A DNA stretch of 64,000 nucleotides from Amoebidium appalachense. Taxonomy: Eukaryota; Protista; Ichthyosporea. The position numbers were made by a program, and so were the translations under genes. Below are positions 48,751 through 61,562 of the stretch, piece after piece. The notes below the pieces were generated by a model. It was not told where the DNA came from and ran no database searches. It saw only the letters and a list, made by a program, of their open reading frames with translations. Position 1 is the first letter of the stretch, and every line of letters starts with the position of its first letter. The stretch covers positions 6,489,264 to 6,553,263 of the forward strand of contig CAVNZM010000006.1 in NCBI GenBank assembly GCA_963693365.1. Direction: 5' to 3'.

Positions 48751-51254
48751 ACCATACGCGGGCGCACAAACAATACCACCACCGAGACCCGGCCTGCCCA
48801 ACCTTCCCGTCGAACAAGGAGAAACAAAAAATGTTAGTACAAAAAAGGTAGGAAAGGGATCATTGCTACAGTAGCGTATGTTTTAGATGATACATCGACC
48901 ACATTTCTATTTGCAAGCACGCAGACCTCCCAATCTCTCTCTTGCCCACGTAATGTCTTCTTAGTACAGCGCTGGCGTGCATGTGATTCAAAGCACACAA
49001 AGTTTTAACTTTGCCCGTATACACATAGTTCTATTGATTCAAGCAATCGTTTGCCACTTACTCCAACCCCCCAATTACTACCAAGTTGAACCATCCATCC
49101 TCCCCCCCCCTCCCCCCCTTCCTACCCTGTCTTTCCGTCGGCATTTCTCCCCCTCCCCCCCCCCCCCGGCACCCTTTCAGCTCTTCTCCCTCGACCACTA
49201 CCACAACAACCTCTACCCCCCCCCCCCCCCGGCCCCCTGCCCCCCCCCCTCCCCCCCCCTCCCCCTTTCCCCCCCAAAGCCCCCTGCACTGCCATTCCCC
49301 CTCCCTCCCTCCCTCCCTCCCCCGTCCCCCACCCACTCAACCCCCAACAAATAAATTAAAAATTTCTACCCATTTAACACGATTTCCCTCACCTCGGAAA
49401 CTAATCGCTAATGATTATCGGTATAAAATAAAATAGAACACCCTCACACTTGCCCCGCGGCATAGGCAAAGATACTCCACCCCATCAAACGGACATACAT
49501 AGATCCCCCCCCCCCCCCCCCCCCCTAACCCCACCCTCCTTTAACCCTTCCTGCCCGCCTCCTCCCCCCGTCCCTCCCCCCCCCCCCCCCCCCCCCCCTC
49601 TCTCTCTCTCTCTCCCCCCTCCCCCCCCCCAACCTTCCCGTGGCTTTCCATTTCCTTTCCGCATGTTGAACTCTTTGTACACCCCGGCACCACAAAATGC
49701 CTCACATGCACTCATACCATATGCTAACAGAAATCAACCAAACTTACAATGTACCTTCATTTTAAGGTCACATTGTGGTTCCTTCCCCTTCCTTCTTTCG
49801 TCCCTCGAACCCCAGGATATCCCAAGGCCCATTTCCACAAATCCAAGTCCCCTCGATCCCCCCCCCCCCCCCCCCCCCCCCCCCTCCCCCCCTCCTCCCC
49901 CCCCCCACACCACCACGACACACACACACACACAGACACACACACACACACAGACACACACAATCAGTCTTTCTTCCACCTTTTCTACTACCAACCCCCC
50001 TCCCTCTCCCTCTCCCTCCCTTCCCCCCCCCCCCCCCCCCCCCCCCTCGCCCCCTCTCCCCCGGGCCCCATCTTCCCACCCTTCCCCTCCACACAACCAC
50101 ACAAGCCCTCAACACCTCCACTATAGCTGCTACCACAGCATACAAATCATGAATAGATAGTCCGTTAGCCGTATTCCTTTCCACCACCCCACAAACCTCC
50201 TTGAGATTAGGAACATCTTTTTCCTGTCAGCCATGGTACAACTTAGGTATCTAAGGGGTTTACGCTGTTTAATCGAGGCAAAGAGAGACCAGTCTCAGGT
50301 ATGGGGGTTTTTGCTCGGAATCTCCCCTCAGCAGTATATCACGATCAAGTACATAGATGTCGGGTGATGATTATATATCAGCCTTTACTTTCTCTACGAG
50401 GCACCATAAAGACTGAGAAAAATCAATTAGTTGGGTTCCCCGTTTTTTTTGTTTTTTTTGTGTTTTTTTTTGGCTCCCCTGGGACACTCGGTATCAGCTG
50501 GTGTGTGGTGTGTGTGACTGGTGTGCGTGTGTGTGACTGGTGTGTGTGTGTGTGTGTGGCTGGTGTGTGTGTGTGTGGCTGGTGTGTGCTATATCAATGT
50601 AATAGATACATAAATAGCTGTCTACTTAGTTACGCGCATCACACGTAGATAGATTGCTTCTTTGGGTGGTTGCAAATGCAGATCATATTTATAGCAGTAA
50701 ATGACTACTACTACTCAAAACGGGAAAAGCAAGAACCGTGGCAAGAAGCACACGTACCTCAGGTGCCTAGTGTGTGGATTTCTCTGTGGTTTTCTGTACT
50801 GCAGTGTTTCTTTATCACTTATCCAATCTCGATTGTACGCAGCCTATGACGTAAAGTACATTTTGCTTGCTACCCGTCCGTACACGCCCACATCCATAAG
50901 CTCGCTTCTGTAAGCGCAACAGCAAAAAACATGGATGGGAAGGCGCTGCATGCAACGCCGTCCGACAACCGAGATTTATGTCGCACGCTTCAGAAACCTG
51001 CTGTCATGATCCTACCGCTCCCACTACATACGAAATTGTGCATATCTGTCGCTCCAAGTGTATGTTTTTTGGGTTGCATAATGCATTTTCTGGTTCACTC
51101 CTCCCCTCCTAGGCCTGAAAAAGCTTCAAAAACTGCAAGATATTCGTCTGTTCGGCCTTCGGGGAAGGACCGCTTCAACCCCGGCTGCTTTTCGTGCGGT
51201 GCGTTTTGTCCGATCACTCCGAGCCTCCGAGGACCTTATAATAGCCGCTTGTTG

Positions 51255-51654
51255 ATTGGCTGACAAGGTTTTAGCATTCGCTGCTATTTCGATTGGCTCA
51301 TGCTTGTGATTCGACGTACCATAACGATCATCGTCATCACAGCTTTGCCGACGTTTTTACAACTAAATAGGAAGTAGAGCCTATAAATATTTATATCAAC
51401 GACTTTTTATGTGCGCATGTACTAACATATTTGGGTTTTCTGGGCCTTCTGGTTTATTTTGTGGTGACTAAACTGAGAAAGACCCACCTGGATAGCGCTG
51501 CACATGTGGTGCGGCTTTAGCCAATCGTACGCCGAGATTATAAATATACCATATACGGTAGGTGCTGTCGCCAATCAGATAAATTGACCAATCGATTTAG
51601 AACCTTTCGTCGCCAATCAAATCGCTGCTCCTACGAGAGCCACGGGTATATAAA
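51255..51654 (+). promoter_or_regulatory. Pyruvate kinase promoter: four CCAAT boxes plus TATA box; two opposite-strand CCAAT boxes further upstream
   Basis: CCAATC at 51521, 51571, 51588 and 51613; TATATAAA at 51647-51654; ATTGG at 51255 and 51292. Confidence 0.7.
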
Positions 51655-51766
51655 CCAACATCGCGCTCATTTTCTAACCAGTTCGCATCACACGGTCTTC
51701 GGAACCGAGCAGAAACAAAACAAGATTTCAAACACCCAAACTCTTTCCACTTACACAATCACAATC

Positions 51767-53344
51767 ATGCCTGAGAGGCGCACATCCGTCCTCCTGCCCA
51801 ACACCGTCCTGGCCAACCAGGAGCGGGCGGCGCAGGAGACCACCCGTATTGGCCACATGGCCGCTTTGAACATTTACTCGGAACCCACGGACCTTCGTCG
51901 TACTTCCATCATCTGCACTATCGGGCCCAAGACAGGTACGGTCGAGAAACTGACCGAGCTCCGCCGCGCCGGCATGAACATAATGCGCCTGAACTTTTCC
52001 CACGGCTCGTACGAATTCCACGGTGGTCTCATTGCCAACCTGCGCGAGTCCTGCGCTAAGTTCCCCGGCCCACCCGTTGCGATTGCCCTCGACACCAAGG
52101 GGCCTGAGATCCGCACGGGTATGCTACCGGACGGCGACGTTAAGCTCGAAACCGGTGACATCATCACTTTGCGCATGGGCGAGGAGTGGTTCGAGAAGGG
52201 CAACAAGACCGACGTGTACTGCGACTACAAGAATTTGCCCAAGGTTATCGACGTTGGCGGCATCATTTTCATCGACGACGGTCTTCTGTCTCTCGAGGTG
52301 GCAGAGAAGGGCGAGGATTTCGTTAAGTGCAAGTGCCTGAACGGTGGTCTGCTTGGTGGGCGCAAAGGGTGCAACCTCCCCAACGTCAACGTTGATTTGC
52401 CTGCCCTGTCCGACAAGGACAAGAGTGATCTCCGGTGGGGTGTGTCCCAGGGTGTCGATATGATCTTTGCCTCTTTCATTCGCAAGCCGTCGGACGTGCG
52501 CGAGATTCGCGAGTGCCTCGGTGAGGACGGCAAGCACGTTAAGATTATGGTTAAGATCGAAAACCATGAGGGTATCCGCAACTTCCCCGAAATTCTTAAG
52601 GAGACAGACGGCGTGATGGTTGCCCGCGGTGACATGGGTATCGAGGTACCCAGCGAGAAGGTGTTTCTTGCCCAGAAGATGATCATTGCACAGTGCAACA
52701 TGGCCGGCAAGCCCGTCATCTGCGCCACCCAAATGCTCGACTCAATGACATACAACCCCCGCCCCACCCGCGCCGAGGTTTCCGACGTCGCAAACGCGGT
52801 TCTCGACGGCGCTGATTGTGTGATGCTTTCTGGTGAGACCGCAAAGGGTAACTACCCCGTCGAGACGGTCACTATGATGTCCAACGTGTGCAAGGAAGCT
52901 GAGGCTGCTTTCCTTTACAAGCCCGTTATGGATGAGCTCCGCACCTTAACCTCCGCCGTCAACACCACCGAGACAATGGCGCTCGCCGCCGTTGAGGCCT
53001 CGTGGTCGCAAAACTCCGCGGCGATTATCGTTCTCTCCACCACAGGTAGCAGCGCACGTTTCGTTTCCAAGTACCGCCCCCGCTGCCCCATTATCATGGT
53101 TACCCGCAACCCCGGTGTGGCCCGCCAAGGACACCTCTCCCGCGGTGTTTTCCCTCTTCTGTATACGAGCGCAAAGGCTGCATCCTTCCAAGACGACGTG
53201 GATGCACGCATTAACTGGGCACTTGAGGAGGCGGTGGCGGCTGGTTTTGTTAAGGCCGGCTCTACCGTGGTTGCCCTGCAGGGCTGGCGCGATGGCGAGG
53301 GTCGCACCAACACCCTCAGAACGCTCGTTGTCCCCGGCAAGTAG
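51767..53344 (+). CDS. PYK: Pyruvate kinase, 525 aa, intronless
   Basis: RRTSIICTIGPKT, RLNFSHG, ALDTKGPEIRTG, KIENHEG, MVARGDMGIE, CATQMLDSM, PRPTRAEVSDVANAVLDGADCVMLSGETAKG, and an FBP-site-like LSTTGSSAR...DVDAR...GWRDGEGRTN. Start placed at acaatcATG 51767, downstream of the TATA box, not at the ORF-track start 51584. Confidence 0.98.
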   Translation: MPERRTSVLLPNTVLANQERAAQETTRIGHMAALNIYSEPTDLRRTSIICTIGPKTGTVEKLTELRRAGMNIMRLNFSHGSYEFHGGLIANLRESCAKFPGPPVAIALDTKGPEIRTGMLPDGDVKLETGDIITLRMGEEWFEKGNKTDVYCDYKNLPKVIDVGGIIFIDDGLLSLEVAEKGEDFVKCKCLNGGLLGGRKGCNLPNVNVDLPALSDKDKSDLRWGVSQGVDMIFASFIRKPSDVREIRECLGEDGKHVKIMVKIENHEGIRNFPEILKETDGVMVARGDMGIEVPSEKVFLAQKMIIAQCNMAGKPVICATQMLDSMTYNPRPTRAEVSDVANAVLDGADCVMLSGETAKGNYPVETVTMMSNVCKEAEAAFLYKPVMDELRTLTSAVNTTETMALAAVEASWSQNSAAIIVLSTTGSSARFVSKYRPRCPIIMVTRNPGVARQGHLSRGVFPLLYTSAKAASFQDDVDARINWALEEAVAAGFVKAGSTVVALQGWRDGEGRTNTLRTLVVPGK

Positions 53345-53891
53345 ATATATTACTGTGATAGATATATCTAGGTAGTTTGTGCCGAGTGCTGGATATATGT
53401 AGCTGAACATTCGAGATAACGAGAGGAAAATTCGTATAGTAATGGTGCGGGCACTGAATGATGTGATGATATTTTGAGTCTCGGGTCTGTATTAAGGCCT
53501 TAAACGTGTTTTGTTTTCAGGGTTTTCAGGGAGAATCGTGCTGGCCACGGTCTGAAAATCACGGGAGATTGGGCCTAGAGTGACCATTTAGACAAACTTA
53601 ATGTAGGTAGTCTGTATGCTTATAAATTTAATGGACTATGTACATATTAGGATTTTAGATGATAATAAACGGCTTTCCATGTGTGCAAGTTCCTTGTTCA
53701 CTGACTTGCACGTGCAAGCATAAACCATTTGTGTTTCAGGATATCCCCCCCCCCCCCCCCCCCCCCCCCCCTCTGCTTCCTCCTATCCAACACACACAGC
53801 ACAAAAAACAAGACGTGTGGCCTGCACTCCCTCTCTCTTTCCTAATCTCAGTCATCTAAACACCATCCCGCCTACCCTGTCTCTTCTTTCC

Positions 53892-53925
<34 letters not shown>

Positions 53926-54299
53926 CCCCCCCCCCCCCTCCCCGCCCCCCTTGCCCCCTCCCCCCTCCCCCACACACACACCACCCGTCCCTTCACCTCT
54001 CTCCCCCCCCCTCCCACCCCCCGGCCCTCCCCCGCCTTCTGCTCTTTCACATCTTCCTCTCACACACAGTTTTCTCTCACTCTCTCTTCCCTCCTCCTGA
54101 CCCTCCCCCTCCTCTGTCTCTCTGTCGCCCCACCCCCCCTCCTTTCCCCTTTCCTCGCTGCCTGCATATAAAAGACAGTATTGTAACCGGTGCAGAAAAC
54201 GTTGACTCGTTTCCAACCCCCCAACCCCCCCCCACCCCCCCCCCTCCTCCCCCCTTCTCTCCCCCCCCCCCTCCCCCCCTCCCCCCCCCCCCCCAAAAA

Positions 54300-54374
<75 letters not shown>

Positions 54375-54860
54375 AAAGAGAAAAAAGAAAAGAATAACGG
54401 GGGGAAACGAAAACGAAAAAAAATAAGAACACCCACACACACAAACGCTACTGATCGTTTTTCAACAGTTACCCTCTCCCCCCCCCCCCCCCCCCCCCAA
54501 CACACACACACACCCACAAGCCCCCACACAAGCACACACAAACACTCACAAACACACAGTGCCCATCTCTCTTCGAATCCCACGTGCATAAACAATCTGA
54601 GCTGGAGCTGTCTCTCTGCATTCCCCTCCAAGGCCCCCCACCTCCCCCCTCCCCCCCCTCCCCCCCTCCCCCCCCCCCCCCCCCCCCCCCCAACCACCAC
54701 CACCACACACACACCCACCCTTCCTTTCCCCCCACACTCCTCTTTCTAAAACCTGCCTAACGAATCGGATAACTCCGGAAATGTCAAAAAAAAAAAAAGG
54801 GGGGGGGGGGGGGGGGGGGTCGTGGTATGGGATTGGGCAGGGGAGGAGTGGATGCATTCC

Positions 54861-55007
<147 letters not shown>

Positions 55008-55267
55008 ACAGTTTGTTTTTGTTTTTTGTTTTTTTTTGGGGGGGGGGGAGGGGGGGAGAAGGGGGGGGGGGGGGGGGGGGGGAGGAGGGGAAGTATACAT
55101 TACAGTAACACTGCCCATTTGATCCGCATAAAGAAATCTTGAATCTTTTGGGTGCAAATCCACCCATTTTGGGCTGAATTCTTCCAGATAGACCACTTGA
55201 AACGGATGTACATTAGAGGTTGTAGGCAATTCAAGCCAATATTTGGTGGTGGAGGTGGGTTTGGGTC

Positions 55268-55300
<33 letters not shown>

Positions 55301-55301
55301 T

Positions 55302-55337
<36 letters not shown>

Positions 55338-55340
55338 TAT

Positions 55341-55600
55341 TGAACAGCCAATCAAAGAGTGAAGATATTGGAACAACCAATCAAAAAGTGAAGATATTTG
55401 AGATTCCCACTGGTTGACAGGACACTAGGGCAAGGGGATGACGGTTTGGTGTGTGTGTGTATGTGGGTGGGGGGGGGAGGGTCGGTGTGAACAGCCAATC
55501 AAAGAGTGAAGATATTGGAACAACCAATCAAAAAGTGAAGATATTTGTGACTCCCACTGGTTGAAAGGGCACTAGGACAAGGGGATGACGGTTTGGTGTG
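55341..55600 (+). repeat. ~146-bp tandem duplication containing nested 29-bp CCAAT-bearing repeats
   Basis: tgaacagccaatcaaagagtgaagatattggaacaaccaatcaaaaagtgaagatatttg...ggggatgacggtttggtg at ~55341 and ~55487. Confidence 0.85.
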
Positions 55601-55680
55601 TGTGGGTGGGTGGGTGGGGGGGAGCGGGGGGGGGGGGGGGAGGGTTGGTGTTTGTGTGTGTGTGTGGGTGTTGTGGGTGT

Positions 55681-55782
<102 letters not shown>

Positions 55783-56501
55783 CACACGCGTATGTGTGCG
55801 TGTGTGTGTGTGTGGGGGGGGGGGGGGGGAGGGGAGAGGGGGAGGGGAGAGGAGGGGGAGGAAGGAACGGGGGGGAGGGGGGTGGGCGCTAGAGGAAAAA
55901 GGGGGATAGTGAATCTAAGACCCCAATCTATGAAATTTTTACGGTGGACCGTCTTGGATCTGCCTAGCCTAGGCACTTACGTAAAGCATAGGCCGAATCA
56001 CGAATCTAAACAACACCCCAACCATATACCTTTCCCGGGTTACGGAGGCAAAAAACCTCGTCCCTCCCCCCATCCCCCCTCCCCCCCCCCTCCCCTTACC
56101 TCCCCTCCCCTCCCCGGCAGGTCCTCCCCCCCTCCCCCCCCCTCTCCCCTTGTGCCCTCCCATCCCCCACATACACCACTCCCTTTCCGTTAAAACATCC
56201 TCTTTCGTTATCGTGCTCCCCTCCTGAAAGAACCCCCCCCCCCCAAAAAAAAAAAATAAAAAATAAAAAATAAAATTTAAAATAGAATAAATTATATTAA
56301 AAATCACCACACCTCCCCACACTCTCTCCCTTCCTCTCTGCTTGTCCCCCTTTAACGCCACTCCCCTTCTCCCCCCCTCCCCCCCCCTCCCCCCCCCCCC
56401 CCCCCCCCCCCACGTCCCCCCCTCCGCTCCCCCTCCCCAACCCCAAAATCCCCATTCAGGTCTTCTTTTCCCTCGGCTCACCATCTCTCTACCTCGTTTC
56501 T

Positions 56502-56549
<48 letters not shown>

Positions 56550-59320
56550 ACGAGCGCAAACTTTACTTCCATATTAAGTTTAATGCTTTTTGATTGTGGA
56601 TAGCTTGAAACTTCATATTGATGCTATCCCCACAATTCCCGCTGATTTTAACCAACCAGTAAGCTTCTTACACAGAGCCTTTTTTCAACATTGGCACGTG
56701 CCACATGGTTTGTTTACTCCCTCCTTCCCTCCCCAGCTTCCCTTTTCTGCCTTCCCCCCCCCCCCCCCCTCCCCCCGGCCCCCCACATACACACACAGGC
56801 CGCCATTCCAAATTCTTCCCCTCCCTTCCCTCCCCCCCCCCCCCCCCTTCCCCCCCCCCCACCACCACCATCACTACCACCAGTCCCCCTCACTCATTTC
56901 CCGCCTCCTCCTAACCATGGCCTTCAAAGTTCCCCCCCCCCCCCCCCCCATCCATCCCCCCCCCCCCCCCCCCCCTACCCCTTCGGGACATAACAGCCAT
57001 ATCCATTTCCCTCCCAATTGAAATGTCCCTTTCCATTTTTCTTTTCCCCACTCTTTCTGTCTCCTCACTTACCTCCCCTTACTCCCCCCCCTCCCCCCCC
57101 CCCCCCCCCCCCCTGGCCCCAAAACGACCACCACCATCACCAAAAACATATCCGATTCCTCGAATATAATATTTCACCTCCTCCTGTTTATTCTTCAACC
57201 ACCTAAGCAGGTTTCTGATTGGACACACACCCCGGGTGGATATCTGAGTTTCATCAGTCTCTCATGTAGTCGCACAGGCAGTCGGGGAATACCCCCAAAG
57301 GGGATTGAATGCGGTACCGAGTTCCGTCACACGTGAAATTTATGTATGTTTATTTTTTGTGAGGGACTTTTCAAACTATTAGTGTTCTCATCTGCATCAT
57401 GAGTCCTGCAGACTACCGCGGCAGTTGAGGATATCCCGTAGATACCAAGCTATCCAGTAGGGGGCAATCGAATTATCATGCTAGGCTAAGCCTAGTCTAT
57501 CGCCTAAGGCAGGACTGAATTAAATGTATGGTTCACGTATACGGCAACTAAACACCACTCAAAATCAAAGCCTTTTTATCAAGTAGATACCAAATGAACA
57601 CGGTGTGGATGGTACTAAAAATCATAAATTACGTAAACTGTAAAAGAAAAGCTATTCACATATATGGAAACCATCACATATCACGTAAACATTATTCCTT
57701 TGAAGAAAAATGCATCTCGCGCGCCATGCTATGAAAACTTATCCCGGATGACGCAGGTACTATTACGGTAGCTAAGTTACACATATCCAGTACTAGCAAT
57801 TGCTTTATCCCGTAAATACTAAATTCGTATACATCGTAGATTGTAAACCCTATCATATGACACATGGATGGCAACTAAATAACCTGGGGATAATCTATCT
57901 GGTCGATATTCTGGTAGCCAAATAATAATAATAATTGGAATGATAATGTACTTAGCAATAAAAAAGAACCCCACCTCCCTCACATTTGCCAGCTGAAGCT
58001 CCCCCTGCCCCCCCGGCTCCCCCCCCCCTCCCCCTCCCCCCCCCCCCCCCCCCCCCGGTCACACCTACCACATCGGGCCCCACCCAATAACAAGCCGCTG
58101 AGCCTCGGTAGAATGAGGGTGGAGGGCAAGAGGGAGGAGGAGGGGGGGGGGGGAGGGGGGGGGGGGGGGATGGGATATTGGTAGTTGGAGGGGGGAGGGG
58201 GGGGGGGGGTGAGGACTAATTAAGACACTTAAACGCGGGCCTGCCCGCGCGCGGACAAACACATGCCCGAATATGCGTGCACGAACACAAACACACAGAC
58301 ATACACAGACACGCACACACACACAAACACACGAAAACCAAAGAAACAGACACAGGCACGCGTGGGCGTACGTGCACCGAACACACACACACACACACGC
58401 ACACACACACACAAACAGGGACTTGCGCGCGCGCGGACATGTCACACACTCGCTCCCTTTCTCACACTGACTTCCACACAATAAATTATGACACACCTGC
58501 ACACATACATACACATGATCCCTGTAGCACACACACACACGTGCACACACCGTGATAGAGACAACATGCATACACACCGTCTGTTGAATAGTCATTGGTT
58601 ATTATGACTTAACACAAATTTAAACACAGCCATTGCTGGCACTTGAGGAGTCATATATACACACACAAATTTAAGGTTTAAACACATACACACCGTCACC
58701 GTGACACACGTGCACACACGTAGACACACCCGCCTACCACACACACAACGCCGGGGCCGTTATAATTATTAATAAAGAGCTCACACTCACACATAGTATT
58801 GCAGTACCTTATGATACATGCACAGGATGGCGTTTGTATGCCACAGTCAGGCTGGAGCCGGCGGCTGGGCACTCAGGCAACACAGTGGCACAGACGCGCA
58901 CACCGTGATGTACATACTATGGAATGTGCGATTACTAGTACACTGTACATCATAATTATCGATGGCGGATGCACGCGTGGTGTAATGGGTTGTACATGTG
59001 GATCTGGAGAAGACGAGGGGGGAGAGAGAGGCCTAGGGGGGGGGGGGGGGGGGGGGGGGGGGATTACATACACACAGCCTCAGTGCAGTGATACAGACGA
59101 ATTCGAACACCGTGGAACCGATTGTCAAGGACATATTCTTCTCGTGATGCTATTGCTATCACACAACTTGATATGTCATCGATCAGTATTCAAACAACTC
59201 CGGGACAAGGTCTTCGCGCGCCGGCCATCAGTTGATTGTCAACTGCCACGGTGGGTCCATTTTGATCAAGAGCCCCCACTGAGCCTCGTCTCAAGTTTTC
59301 CCCCCGACAAAGTACAGATA

Positions 59321-59554
59321 CCGTCCGCGAATAAGAACCCCCCAAAATGTGGTTGGAGGGTCGGGGTCAGAATCTTATTGGCGGAAGAGCATCCAGTATG
59401 ATTTACTCATCCGTCCGCCAGTAAGATCACCCCGAAAACTTGCCGGGGGGCAGAATCTAAAAAAACACAGTCGAAAAGATCCAGCCAAAAGAAAAAAAAC
59501 ACCGATTTTGCCGGGGGCGAAATCTTATTGGCGGGGGTTCTTATTCGCGGACGG
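59321..59554. mobile_element. MITE with perfect ~21-bp TIRs flanked by TA (Tc1/mariner-pogo-like)
   Basis: TA|CCGTCCGCGAATAAGAACCCC ... GGGGTTCTTATTCGCGGACGG|TA; the inverted match extends imperfectly to 59313-59562; internal repeats aatcttattggcgg and ttgccggggg. Confidence 0.85.
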
Positions 59555-60407
59555 TATTTGTAGTCGGTTTAAACACTTACTGGGGCATTAGCCTTCGGCA
59601 TGCAGATTGCGGGCTTTGTAGTCGGTTTAAACACTTATCCAAGTATCATGGTCGTACCGGTCGCGAAGGTAGCTCCTGCAGCTGTCATGTTCTTTTGCCA
59701 TTGCCACGGCCCGTCGACATGAAGACCACCTTTCAACATAGATTGTATCGATAGTTTTACATCAGATAGTCTTACTTGTGCCATGTCGAAGACCCCGATA
59801 GTCTTACATCAGATAGTCTTGTTGCCATTTCGACATGTACACGACCTCAGCTGAGGCCCCTCAGCTCCGAACCTCGGTATTAGACGTTTCATGGTTAGTA
59901 TACCGCGTAAAACAAATTTTCGCAATTATCCATGGGGGACTACGCACTCAGTCTTATAAATTTTTTGTCACTTTCTACAAATACATTTCTTTCAAATTTG
60001 GCGTTCACGGGGCACGGTGGGGCTTGCGCATGGTCGGAGGGCCGTGCGCGTGGGCTTGTGTCTGGGATCCGGTGCACGTGCACTAGTACTCGTGCACCGA
60101 AAGAACAACTTGAAGTCATGACTCGATCATGACCAGGGCACGCGTCAAGCCTTATTCGCCAGAGATCTTGTTTTATCCAGCATGTGATCACGAGAGCCTC
60201 TTACTTTCGTTATCTATCTATATTTAGGCAAGAAACTAAGGTGTATTTATTTCATGAGTATCTCTTTTTTTTTTTTTTTTTGCAAGCAAGCAGCGGAAAT
60301 TGTCTACAGCTGCAGGGAGTTGGGGAAGCAAAGATCTAAAAACTTTGTTCGAGGCCATCATCATCTGAGGCCATGTAGCCTACAGGAATGCGCAAGGAAT
60401 CCTGATT

Positions 60408-60773
60408 TGTATGAGTGAGATTGTCCCACAATCACACGCATATGAATTTGTACTTGGAGTCATAGGCAGAGACCAGATCCGCCGAGACCCTGCCCGAGCC
60501 TCATGGCTCCCCCTATACTATGCCGCTGATTACGCTCATATATGGTAGCAGAGACAGCCCGACCGCCCTCTGATGGCCTAGCCGCTTTCCACTGCGCACT
60601 GCTATGAGCTCGGGGCGAGCTCACTCCCGCCGCCGAGATGTATGAGTGAGATTGTCCCACAATCACACGCATATGAATTTGTACTTGGAGTCATAGGCAG
60701 AGACCAGATCCGCCGAGACCCTGCCCGAGCCTCATGGCTCCCCCTATACTATGCCGCTGATTACGCTCATATA
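60408..60773 (+). mobile_element. TRIM-type miniature non-autonomous LTR retrotransposon (366 bp)
   Basis: Identical 135-bp LTRs at 60408-60542 and 60639-60773 (TGTATGAG...CTCATATA); PBS TGGTAGCAGAG at 60543-60553, complementary to the tRNA-iMet 3' end; 96-bp non-coding interior; GATT TSD at 60404-60407 and 60774-60777. Confidence 0.9.
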
Positions 60774-61562
60774 GATTTCAAGATGAATTGATATGATTGG
60801 TTAAATGTAATCTTGTTTACATGTAAACTTGTTGCTCCTGCGTGCTCGCTCTCCATTCTCGACTCACTCGCTTTTCGCACTACATAGTTTCTTATACAAT
60901 ATTTTATTTTAAATTCATCATTTACCATCAACCATAAGCATTATTACTTTGATGCACGTAGCGTTTTATGATATGATATCTCTCCCGGGTGGAGCTTTCT
61001 CCATTACTCGGACTGTACCCCGAACACTGAACATGTTAGATAAAAACAAACCGTCGTGCATTCCAATCGGCATACCAAATGGGCCACGTACGCTCTACAC
61101 CAGGAGTCCAGAACCGTTCTGATTGAACGAAGTTGTGTTACAGTAAACAGAGTGAACCACACTGGCACAAAGGCATTTCACTTAGCATTTCACCAGGGCC
61201 GTGATTTCACCTACGTACGTAGCAGTGGTAAACGGCTGTGGTGAGTTACATATATCCATTCAGAGCGTTCTTAGTTGAGTACTCTGTGAGCAGCAGAAGT
61301 TCACATATTAGCATTTTTGAAGCTACATACGTGCACGGAATTCAACACAAATATATTCAGTACTCAATGGTCAGATTTCACAACTTCATTGCCCGGAAAC
61401 CGTTTCGTTAGCTTTATTAAATTTACGTTAGTCCTACTGATGTCTTGCGGCACACAACCAGCGCGACCTCTTTTTGGCTATTTTTGCATGCTTGCGCAGC
61501 TGCCATAAGTGAGGCACCTTTTTTTCGGCCGTTCATGTCACTATTAGTAGTTATAAGCAGAC

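Noticed and set aside
51584-51766. 61-aa N-terminal extension of pyruvate kinase in the ORF track
   Set aside because: It begins at a TTG upstream of the TATA box and overlaps the CCAAT boxes; homology and codon bias begin at ATG 51767.
51728-53410. Antisense and alternative-frame ORFs overlapping pyruvate kinase (likewise 6025-6489 over PRDX6)
   Set aside because: Expected shadows of GC3-biased coding sequence; no independent motifs.
60020-60090. Hairpin followed by CTAG suggesting a Helitron 3' end
   Set aside because: Hairpin-to-CTAG spacing is atypical and no matching 5' end or second copy is visible.
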